A stretch of 64,000 nucleotides of DNA from an uncultured Ectothiorhodospiraceae bacterium (GTDB lineage: Bacteria > Pseudomonadota > Gammaproteobacteria > CAYFSA01), in assembly GCA_964345605.1 (NCBI GenBank), contig CAYFSA010000001.1:14521-78520 (forward strand). The letters are read 5' to 3'. This document shows positions 10,769 through 18,144 of this stretch, in pieces. The notes under the pieces are model-generated. The model was not told the origin of the DNA. It saw only the letters and a program-made list of their open reading frames with translations, and searched no databases. The position numbers were made by a program, and so were the translations under genes. Numbering within the stretch: position 1 is the first letter of the stretch; every line of letters starts with the position of its first letter.

Positions 10769-11044
10769 CCTCAGCCAGGCCTTGACTTGTTCCGGGTCTA
10801 ATCGTTTAAGCAGCTCCTCCGGATCAAGCCCCTTCAGCCGCTCCTCCGCCGGCAGTTCATCCAAAAACGCCTGGCGCTCCTCCGGGGTCATGTTGTGCAG
10901 TAGCTGTTGATGCGTCTCGCGGATGAAGTCTGCCATCGTGTACGACATCGCCGGGTCCTCCAGGTGATAAGTCAGGTAAAGCTGCTGCAGCAATGCCCGG
11001 GAGCCCGGCCGGTGCCATTGGCGGATGCGTGCTTCGCGGTTCAT
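10751..11044 (-). CDS. hypothetical small protein (97 aa); last codons (..CESE*) are encoded by repeat A
   Basis: ORF with repeated LxPEE/LDPE motifs reminiscent of C-terminal regions of transposase-associated (Rpn/DUF4351-like) proteins. No firm family assignment. Confidence 0.35.
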   Translation of the reverse strand: MNREARIRQWHRPGSRALLQQLYLTYHLEDPAMSYTMADFIRETHQQLLHNMTPEERQAFLDELPAEERLKGLDPEELLKRLDPEQVKAWLRRCESE

Positions 11045-11240
11045 GGACGCTGTTGCCCCGGTTTGGCCTACAGGGTTTGCTCATCATCCCTGGCTGTATC
11101 GACAAGTTATGCCGCGGCTCCCCGGGCGCGGCGCACCCCGTCTGCCTTACCTCGCGACGCAGGATAACGCAAAGCTAACGTGCTGGGTGGAGCGAAGCGG
11201 AACCCAGTCGCGTTGAGCGCCATGTTAGAGTCACCGATGT

Positions 11241-11468
11241 TCATAGAAGCTCCAAAAATCCTTCAACGGAAAGGCGCGCCTGTTTCAGGATATGCGAAAG
11301 CGTAGATCGCTTAATCGGGCGGTGCGCCGGCACCGTAAGTTTCAGCACCTCGTCGCGAGTATGCTCATGAAGCCGGATATGGCTGCCACGTTGCCTAACC
11401 ACTACCCATCCATCTCGCTTCAAAGCAGTGATGACCTGCTCGTAGGCGAGGCTTGGAACCTTGCTCAT
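11241..11468 (-). CDS. hicA: HicA-family toxin (YcfA-like mRNA interferase)
   Basis: 75 aa. ...VVRQRGSHIRLHEHTR...LKLTVPAHRPIKRSTLSHILKQA is a typical HicA signature. A 4-nt overlap with upstream hicB. Confidence 0.8.
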   Translation of the reverse strand: MSKVPSLAYEQVITALKRDGWVVVRQRGSHIRLHEHTRDEVLKLTVPAHRPIKRSTLSHILKQARLSVEGFLELL

Positions 11469-11680
11469 ACAGCCACTTCTGTAATCTCGGAATCCGGCCC
11501 ATAAGCCGCGTCGTCTTCGACGGTCTCCAAGTACAGTTCGACGGCCTCCCTAATATTTTGTAGAGCCTCGTCTTTGCTATCTCCTTCGCTAATGCATCCC
11601 GGTAGGCTGGGAACGTACGCGGTGTACCCACCTTCCTCACTGGGCTCAAGAACAACTGCTAGCTTCATATCAATCTCCAC
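11465..11680 (-). CDS. hicB: HicB-family antitoxin (UPF0150)
   Basis: 71 aa. KLAVVLEPSEEGGYTAYVPSLPGCISEGDSKDEALQNIREAVELYLE is a typical HicB N-domain. Confidence 0.75.
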   Translation of the reverse strand: MEIDMKLAVVLEPSEEGGYTAYVPSLPGCISEGDSKDEALQNIREAVELYLETVEDDAAYGPDSEITEVAV

Positions 11681-11859
11681 AATTCTCTAATCTCAAAGAC
11701 TCTAACATCTAAGCATTTATCTGCCGTGCGCAGCATGGCGGATAAATGTCTGTTGAACTGAGCCGCCCCGACTGGGGGCACCCGCCGGGTGGTCTTCTCT
11801 TCAAGGGGGAAAGTATCCGGCGCCCCTGGGGCGCCTCGCACCGGACGGCGCGAGCCAGG

Positions 11860-12477
11860 TCATATCTGAGCCTTCCTTGAGCAGCCACTACCGGTCTCCT
11901 TGAAGCAGGCCGTGAGTTCGTTCCCCGGATACTGCACGAGCTCTACTTGAATTCCAACCGATGGCCCGCAAGTGACCGCGCCTCGCTCTGCGGGCGGTCT
12001 GCACACGTTCCGCCAATCGCTTCCAGCTACGGCGGCCGTTGTCAATGGCCAGGATACGGCCATTGTGGATGGCGCTGCGGTGCGTATAGCGCGAGAGGTA
12101 ACGCCCTGGCACAGCGGGCAGTGGCGATCCCGGCAACTGTAATACCAGGTTTGTTCCTTGTGACAGTGACCGCAGTGGAGCACCTGACCGCCCATCGCCT
12201 CGGTCCGACAGGACAGCAAGTGGCTGCTCACCTGCAAATACAAAAAGCGAATCCCGTTCAGATGAAGTCGACAACTGGTTGGAGACAACCCACGGCCCAG
12301 GACGAGATACCGAAAATACGCCTCCAGCTCTTCTACACTCAGATCATCCGGGGAACGGCCGTAGTGGCGGGCCAGTCGCTCCACCGCATGCAGGTAGCTG
12401 CCATGGGTACGGGGGGCAAAACCACGAAGCCGCATCGCCTCGATCATGGACTGCCGTAGCGGGCTCATCGTCGTCAC
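11860..12477 (-). pseudogene. remnant of a mobile element: phage-integrase N-terminal SAM-like domain fused in frame to the zinc-binding N-terminus of an IS91-family transposase; catalytic parts absent
   Basis: Residues 1-85 (EELEAYFRYLV...SCRLHLNGIRFLY) look like an integrase SAM-like domain. HCGHCHKEQTWYYSCRDRHCPLCQG matches the IS91-type transposase Zn-ribbon. The rest of the ORF is low-complexity read-through, and no HUH/tyrosine catalytic region follows. Confidence 0.55.
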
Positions 12478-12714
12478 TCCTCTGGTGAACGGCCACCATT
12501 GGCCTTATCCAGAGTCTCGACGATGGGAAGCGGAATGCAGGGTAATCGAAGCCAAATAAGCGAGCTACCGCGAAGCGGTTTAGTTCAACGCCGCTCAGCA
12601 CGCGCGGCTACGGAATGGAGGCGAAGCCGCAATGTAGTAGGCGTCGCCGTGCCTGGCCTTGTTAGGGCCTTGGAATCGGGATAGCATAATTGCATCGCCA
12701 CTCGCGGAGGCACC

Positions 12715-12951
12715 ATGACTACCGAAACATTAGAGCACCTACGCTCTCAGATTTCGACTCTCTCCGAGTCGGAACGCGCAGCGTTGGCTCGCGAACTCAT
12801 CATGAGCCTGGACGGCCCCCGTGACGACTCGGTCGAGCAAGCCTGGAACGATGAAATTGTTCGCCGTGTATCCAAGGTCAAAAGCGGAAAGGCCACGCTG
12901 CTCAGCCGCGAAGAATTCCGATCAAAGATGCGAGCGAGGTTAGGCCAGTAA
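12715..12951 (+). CDS. addiction-module antitoxin (ParD/RelB-like putative addiction module component)
   Basis: 78-aa protein. Its stop abuts the start of a ParE-like toxin gene 3 nt downstream. Confidence 0.65.
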   Translation: MTTETLEHLRSQISTLSESERAALARELIMSLDGPRDDSVEQAWNDEIVRRVSKVKSGKATLLSREEFRSKMRARLGQ

Positions 12952-12953
12952 CA

Positions 12954-13268
12954 GTGCGAACGGTAAGGATACTGGAAGAAGCCTCGCAGGAAGCGATAGA
13001 GGCAGCAGCATGGTACGAATTTGAGCAGGCTGGACTTGGAGCTGAGTTTTTCGCTGCCGTTGATGCCGCCATCGACGTTATTGAAGAAAACTTCATCCCC
13101 TTGTCACCTCTCCCCGATGAAGCTCGCGACACCGGTGCAAAACGCCTTATTCTGGAGCGCTTCCCCTACGATATAGTTGCGATTGAGTTGCCGGAAGAAG
13201 CGGTCGTAATCGCCATTGCCCACCACTCTCGTAAGCCCGGCTATTGGCTGGGACGTGGTAACTCCTAG
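12954..13268 (+). CDS. ParE/RelE-family toxin (plasmid stabilisation system protein)
   Basis: 104 aa. ...AIDVIEENFIPLSP...RLILERFPYDIVAIE...VVIAIAHHSRKPGYW matches the ParE/RelE fold consensus. Confidence 0.7.
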   Translation: MRTVRILEEASQEAIEAAAWYEFEQAGLGAEFFAAVDAAIDVIEENFIPLSPLPDEARDTGAKRLILERFPYDIVAIELPEEAVVIAIAHHSRKPGYWLGRGNS

Positions 13269-13405
13269 CCAGCATAAACGGCGCCCGACTAGGGCGTCCG
13301 GTGGAGGCCCTTCGGGCCGGAACGAATTTAATACATTTGTTAAGCATTGATTTTCCAGAGCACGCCCTAAGTACAATAACAAACGCTAGAAAGGACAACC
13401 GCTCA

Positions 13406-13579
13406 ATGAAAAATTTTTTAGAAGACCTAGCTGGATTGAGCGTTTCGAAGCTGTACCAGCACTTCAGGATGCGCGACCACCCCTACGGCCTACAGGATTC
13501 TCTGTCTACGCTTAACCTGTCTTGTTCGCACCTCCGTGCTCCGCCACAGGTCCAAGACTCGATACGTGTAGGTGGCTAA
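13406..13579 (+). CDS. small hypothetical ORF (57 aa) in an AT-rich pocket
   Basis: Good SD (AAAGGA) 10 nt upstream of the ATG. Local AT-rich composition unlike the surrounding sequence. No recognisable family. Confidence 0.3.
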   Translation: MKNFLEDLAGLSVSKLYQHFRMRDHPYGLQDSLSTLNLSCSHLRAPPQVQDSIRVGG

Positions 13580-13690
13580 CCCTTACCCGGCAGGGACTTT
13601 CACCCCGCAAGATACGCCGAGCTTTGCTCGGCGCGATAACGCCAAGCTCAGTCGAGCGAGACCGAAACCGGCTTCGGCTGGAGCAGTTCG

Positions 13691-14160
13691 TTAGAGAGCT
13701 TTCCTCATCGCCAAGTCACAACGGTCTGAGAGATGGCTCGGCGTGAACTCCATGAACCCGTACTTCCTGTAGAGCGCCAAGGCTTCTTTAAGACATGAAT
13801 TCGTCTCAAGCGTCATCTCCACAAACCCTAAACTCTTTGCGACAGCGATGGCATCGTCCATCATCGTCTTCCCCAAGCCTCGCCCTTTGAGTTCGGGTAG
13901 CAAGTACATCTTGCGCAATTCACAGGAATGACTTGTCGTTGGGAATATCCCGCAAGATCCGACAACCCGGCCGTCGCATTCGAGAATCCTGAACGCTCCG
14001 CCGTTCGACAATTACGATGCTTGGATGTTACGGATGTCTGCATCGGTTTCTTCAGGATTGGTGCTTAGCCCATATCCGGCAAGTACCCGGCAAGAGCCTC
14101 CTTCAGAATCCAGAACACGTCCTCTTCATCGTCTGGGCGGTAGTCGCGAAGTTGACACAT
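13691..14160 (-). pseudogene. GNAT-family N-acetyltransferase disrupted by frameshifts
   Basis: The C-terminal 106-aa ORF carries GNAT motif A (RGLGKTMMDDAI) and the YRKYGF motif. A GNAT-like N-terminus (MCQLRDYRPDDEEDVFWILKEAL) is encoded from 14160 in another frame and is followed by stops. Confidence 0.55.
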
Positions 14161-14195
14161 CGTGAATCTGCTCTCTAACCAGTCAATAAAAATAA

Positions 14196-14230
14196 TAAAG
14201 GCGGACTAAAGCCCGCCCTACTAGATGGCC
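14196..14230 (-). terminator. rho-independent terminator of the dynamin-like GTPase operon
   Basis: On the minus strand a GC hairpin (GGGCGGGCTTTAGTCCGCC) is followed by a T-rich tract (TTTATTATTTTTATT). Confidence 0.5.
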
Positions 14231-14273
14231 AGCTGTGGGTCGATTGAAATCGACCCTACTCCTCGCTCTCGGT
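14199..14273. repeat. hairpin-containing repeat B (GGCGGACTAAAGCCCGCC-CTACTAG-ATGG...GGGTCGATTGAAATCGACCC-TACTCCTCGCTCTCGG); direct copy of repeat A
   Basis: See repeat A. Overlaps the last codons (..TESEE*) of the dynamin-like gene. On the minus strand the first hairpin is followed by TTTATTATTTTTATT, so it doubles as a terminator. Confidence 0.6.
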
Positions 14274-15731
14274 TTGAGCACCAGCCAAGGTGCTCGGGTG
14301 GCTCGTGCCGGAAGGATTGGTAAACTGGTCGTTCAGCCGCTGAACATAGCGATCGGCGGTATCTCGCACAGATTTCAGGATGAGGCGTGAGCGCTTGCTC
14401 CAGCCCCAGGGATTGCGTCGCCACATGGGCCGCCAGAATTCGGTATTCTTGCGGAATGCAGCCACCAGATTGCCGGGCAATTTATCATCCTGCAGGGTAG
14501 CCGCCACTTTGTCCGCCATCAAGTTGCGGAATAGAAAATGAATACCGGCCAGCACCACGACCAGGGCGACCCCTAGGCCGATAGCAAGATTCGGCTGCGA
14601 GCCCAAGCCTTGCACGAAGCCGGCGATCTCCCCAAGGCCCCAGCCATAGTTGATAGCAACCCCACCAAAGACGAGCAAGATCGCCAAGACAGTCAGCCCG
14701 TCACCCGTCAGAGTAAGCTGCCGCCAACGCCGTAAGGCTTGCTGCAAACGCGGCACAACGGCAAATTCAATCTGCTCGCCGATATGGCTTAGCGTACCGA
14801 CGATACGGTAGACACGCTGCACGCCGACATCAGCAATGCGACTGTAAATCAGCTCCATGTCGTGATCACGTTTGCTGCGGAAACGCTCCCGCAGGCTCGC
14901 ATCTTCGATCGGCACCGCTGCCGTATCGCTATAAACGGCATAAAAGCGGCCGGCACTCAAACCATGCTTAGCCAGAGCCCGATGCCAGGCAGCCAGGACA
15001 TCCTCGGCGTTATCCTCGCGGGCAGTCGTGTCGATCTGGTTGAGTACAAACTGGAATTTGCCGAAATCGCCACGGTGATAGACGTTGGCGACCAGATGCT
15101 TAAGGGTATCCTGCATGGCGCCGGGCTCGGGACGGCGGGCATCGAACAGGACCAGCACCAGGTCCGATAAGTCCATGATATAGTCGGTAATACGCAGGGT
15201 CGAATCGCGCTGCTCATCAGCATCAAAGCCCGGCGAGTCGATAATGATCTTGCCACGCAAATGCTCGGCCCTGCAGGTCTTCATCTGGGTGTAGGTGTCG
15301 ACCCGCATGCCCTCACCCGGTGCGACATGCTCAATTTCGTCGGCAATTTGATAAAACGGAAAGCGCGGATCAGAATCCAGGGCCCGGCCAGGCAATTCGT
15401 GCACCTGATCATCCTGGCTAAAACAAATAACAGTGAATTTGTCATCCACCGCTTGGTTACCCGTATCCTGCAGTTTCTTGCCGAGGAAATCATTGATGAA
15501 CGTGGATTTGCCTGCCGAATAAGTACCTAGGACGGTAATGAGCGGCCACCAGGAAATTTTCGTGGCAAAGGACTCGTCAGTTTCCAACAGGCCGAGCTTG
15601 TAGGCAACCCGATCAAGCTCACGAAATTCTTTGGCTGCCTCGACCAGGATGGGATTTTCCAATTGCAGATGCTCGGTCAGGGCATCGAGTCTGAGCTGTA
15701 ACACGCTATTGGCTTGTGACATGCTATTCAC
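14256..15731 (-). CDS. dynamin-family large GTPase with C-terminal membrane hairpin (bacterial dynamin-like protein, LeoB-like)
   Basis: G1 GTYSAGKST, G3 DSPG and G4 NQID motifs. Two hydrophobic helices near residues 340-400. Its start overlaps the stop of the upstream gene by 4 nt. Confidence 0.75.
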   Translation of the reverse strand: MNSMSQANSVLQLRLDALTEHLQLENPILVEAAKEFRELDRVAYKLGLLETDESFATKISWWPLITVLGTYSAGKSTFINDFLGKKLQDTGNQAVDDKFTVICFSQDDQVHELPGRALDSDPRFPFYQIADEIEHVAPGEGMRVDTYTQMKTCRAEHLRGKIIIDSPGFDADEQRDSTLRITDYIMDLSDLVLVLFDARRPEPGAMQDTLKHLVANVYHRGDFGKFQFVLNQIDTTAREDNAEDVLAAWHRALAKHGLSAGRFYAVYSDTAAVPIEDASLRERFRSKRDHDMELIYSRIADVGVQRVYRIVGTLSHIGEQIEFAVVPRLQQALRRWRQLTLTGDGLTVLAILLVFGGVAINYGWGLGEIAGFVQGLGSQPNLAIGLGVALVVVLAGIHFLFRNLMADKVAATLQDDKLPGNLVAAFRKNTEFWRPMWRRNPWGWSKRSRLILKSVRDTADRYVQRLNDQFTNPSGTSHPSTLAGAQTESEE

Positions 15732-16528
15732 CTTGAGTTCGTTATAGTTGGCGAGACACCGTTGCGCGGCTGCGCCGGCCAGGAATCCGCTTGAGGTTGC
15801 TGATTGGCGTTTTGTTCAGCTGCTTGATAGGCCTGTTGCAAAGCCGACATCACCGGCGAAATTGGCACCACCCCAGCTGCCTCGAGCGCGCGTACCAATT
15901 CCCCCGCTTCCCAGCCACGGCCCTGAGCGACCAACCGCGTGGCCGCTTCGGCGTAGGTCTCGGCGGCGTTGTCATAGGCCCCCATAAGGGTATAAAAATT
16001 GCCAAGTTCGCCGACCACATCCGGATCATGCGCCAAGCGCTGCGCCAAGGTTACATAAGCACGCTCCGCGCATTGATGCCGTCCCTGCCAAACGCAAGTC
16101 CGAGCCTGGCGCCACAAACGCCGGATAGCCTCATTTTTTTGGCTAGGCCGTGGCGTCTGTGGGCGCTCAGTGTACGCGGCTGTTCCCATTGGCTGAGACG
16201 TCCGTTGCTGCTCCTGGCGAATCGCCTCTTGCTCGCGCCATTGCTGCCAAGCTTCGCGGCTTGCAGCCTCAGCCGCGGCTTGCGGGGGCTCGGGCTGCCC
16301 TGCTTGCGTCCCGGCGGGCCGCTGCAGCGATGCATCCGAGCCTGGCTCGGACGCCGGCACCTCTGCTTCGTCGCCTTCCACGGCGCGAATCTGATGCAAA
16401 TTGCGCGGGGCCTGGGCTTGAACCGGGTCGGCAAGCGCGAGCAGACCAAACGCCATAACCCCTACACAAACTGCGATACTGTTAGACTGCCCTGAAGTCA
16501 CAGGAAAGTTGTAAGCAATGGATCGCAT
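15728..16528 (-). CDS. secreted protein with Q/A/E-rich coiled-coil region and C-terminal TPR-like helical domain; co-operonic partner of the dynamin-like GTPase
   Basis: Start chosen at the ATG (16528) that gives a signal peptide, MRSIAY...IAVCVGVMAFGLLALADPVQA. The track's longer ORF begins with GTG at 16600. Translationally coupled to the GTPase gene. Confidence 0.5.
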   Translation of the reverse strand: MRSIAYNFPVTSGQSNSIAVCVGVMAFGLLALADPVQAQAPRNLHQIRAVEGDEAEVPASEPGSDASLQRPAGTQAGQPEPPQAAAEAASREAWQQWREQEAIRQEQQRTSQPMGTAAYTERPQTPRPSQKNEAIRRLWRQARTCVWQGRHQCAERAYVTLAQRLAHDPDVVGELGNFYTLMGAYDNAAETYAEAATRLVAQGRGWEAGELVRALEAAGVVPISPVMSALQQAYQAAEQNANQQPQADSWPAQPRNGVSPTITNSR

Positions 16529-16753
16529 CGGGCGAGCTAAGCGCCGCCTCACGCCGCTCAAGCTAAGCCCATGCCCCCATTGCAAGCCGAACCGTCGCAC
16601 AGCGAGTGTGCTCGGCCAGCGTCAACAGTGGCAAGGCCGCCTGAATGGACTGCACTGTGCATCCAACATGGCAAACAATGCATCATTAGACATCAATCAC
16701 TTGGCCCAACAAAAAATAGCCATTTAAGCCGCTACTACCGCACAACCGACAGT

Positions 16754-16909
16754 TTATTGTGCATGCCCATGCACCGCCTCGGCTTCGCTATGCGCGGGCT
16801 TGTTGCCGAGCCAGCTATCAAGATTATCGCGCGCGACCCAGCCATACACCGCAGCGCTCACAATCAGGACGAGCACCAAATGGCGCAATATCCAATAAAC
16901 AACAGGCAT
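16754..16909 (-). CDS. possible small single-TM protein (51 aa)
   Basis: MPVVYWILRHLVLVLIVSAAVYGWV... with a GGGGG SD about 8 nt upstream. Lies between the ParA gene and the TPR/dynamin genes on the same strand. Weak call. Confidence 0.25.
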   Translation of the reverse strand: MPVVYWILRHLVLVLIVSAAVYGWVARDNLDSWLGNKPAHSEAEAVHGHAQ

Positions 16910-16938
16910 TGAGATACCCCCGTATAGTCGAACTTTTG

Positions 16939-17571
16939 TTATTTGACGAATAGATGCGAATATAAAATCATGCTCAAGCGCATGACCTCGCTATGCGCTG
17001 GACCCTGCGGCTCCAACTCAAAGGCAGCCAGCCCTTCGCTGAAGGCCTCGCGATAGACCGGCCGGTCACACCAGATAGCATCAATGACGTGGACGCTTTT
17101 AAGCTGTTGCAGCGCGGCGCGCGCCTCGGCATTTTCCGGAGCAGCCGGATCAGGATTGGCGCGATTGATAAAGCACAGGTGCTCTGGGGCGCGACTGCCG
17201 AGATTGGCTTCGCGGACAATACTGATAAACCGCTGTAACGACCAAATATCAGCCTGGCTCGGCGGCACCGGCGTCACAACCCGATCGGCCATATTTAAAG
17301 CCAAGCGCAATGCTGGCATATCCGAAGTACCGACATCCACCAAGACTTCCCTGGCGGTTGTTCTGCTCAATTTAACCGCTTGGCGCTCGACTGCCATGGC
17401 AGGCTGGTGGCCTTCCTCCCGGCGGATATCGATCAAATCAGCGAGCGTGGCTTGGGGATCCAGATCGAATAATTGCAGCGGCTGCTGCTGAGCTGCCAGA
17501 TAGGCTGCGATATTGAAAGCTACGGTGCTTTTGCCCGTACCCCCTTTAAGGTTACCGAATACGGTAATCAT
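16939..17571 (-). CDS. orphan ParA/MinD-family P-loop ATPase (no parB nearby)
   Basis: Deviant Walker A, MITVFGNLKGGTGKST. About 210 aa with no N-terminal extension. Start set at the ATG at 17571. Confidence 0.85.
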   Translation of the reverse strand: MITVFGNLKGGTGKSTVAFNIAAYLAAQQQPLQLFDLDPQATLADLIDIRREEGHQPAMAVERQAVKLSRTTAREVLVDVGTSDMPALRLALNMADRVVTPVPPSQADIWSLQRFISIVREANLGSRAPEHLCFINRANPDPAAPENAEARAALQQLKSVHVIDAIWCDRPVYREAFSEGLAAFELEPQGPAHSEVMRLSMILYSHLFVK

Positions 17572-17643
17572 GCAAACAATTCGATTTCTGCGCTCCCCCT
17601 TTGACAAACCGCACATCCCTGTGCAGTGGCAGATTTCAGGCGA

Positions 17644-18042
17644 TTAATAGTCCGCGTTACCGCCGCTGGCTTGGCCGCCACCCTGCTGCGGGGCTTGACC
17701 GGCATAAGGCGCGGGCGCCCCGCCATACGGAGCACCCCGATGAGGTACACCGTAACCGTAGGGCGCATAGCCATAGCCATACGGGCCATAGCCATAGTGA
17801 TCGTAATAATCACCATAACCACGGCCCCAACCGCGACCACTCATATTGAAGTCGAAATCACCAAACATATCACCTAAGCCGTCAGCCCAGCTGTTACTAC
17901 CATAGCCGGGATAGCCGCCCCAGGGGCCACCATAATAGCCAGGATAGCCGCCCCAGGGACCACCCCCCCAGTAGGCGTTTGCCGCACCGGCCGACAGACC
18001 AAGGATTACAGCCAGAGTAATTGCTTTGGTCAGGTTTGTCAT
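17644..18042 (-). CDS. secreted Gly/Tyr/Trp/Pro-rich low-complexity protein (sulfur-globule-protein-like / glycine-rich structural protein)
   Basis: Signal peptide [23 protein letters not shown]. Mature part is rich in [10 protein letters not shown] and [15 protein letters not shown] repeats. SD GGAGG lies upstream of the ATG at 18042. Confidence 0.6.
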   Translation of the reverse strand: MTNLTKAITLAVILGLSAGAANAYWGGGPWGGYPGYYGGPWGGYPGYGSNSWADGLGDMFGDFDFNMSGRGWGRGYGDYYDHYGYGPYGYGYAPYGYGVPHRGAPYGGAPAPYAGQAPQQGGGQASGGNADY

Positions 18043-18144
18043 TGCATCCTCCACTTAAGGAAAATACCCCCGCGGTTAATGACGGCGCATGTGTCGAGGG
18101 CAATCCACACACGCCCGGCAGAACCTCTCAAGCCCATTATGCTA

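Noticed and set aside
10701-14273. Interpretation of the flanking repeats as freshly duplicated att sites of an active prophage or ICE
   Set aside because: The repeats are only about 70% identical over their full length, no intact integrase or transposase is present, and related hairpins occur elsewhere in the window. A decayed islet or REP-family explanation is favoured over an active element.
16571-16953. Plus-strand ORFs 16571..16912 (113 aa) and 16759..16953 (64 aa)
   Set aside because: No RBS, and the proteins are low-complexity. The opposite-strand 51-aa TM ORF with a GGGGG SD is the more plausible reading of this gap, though still weak.
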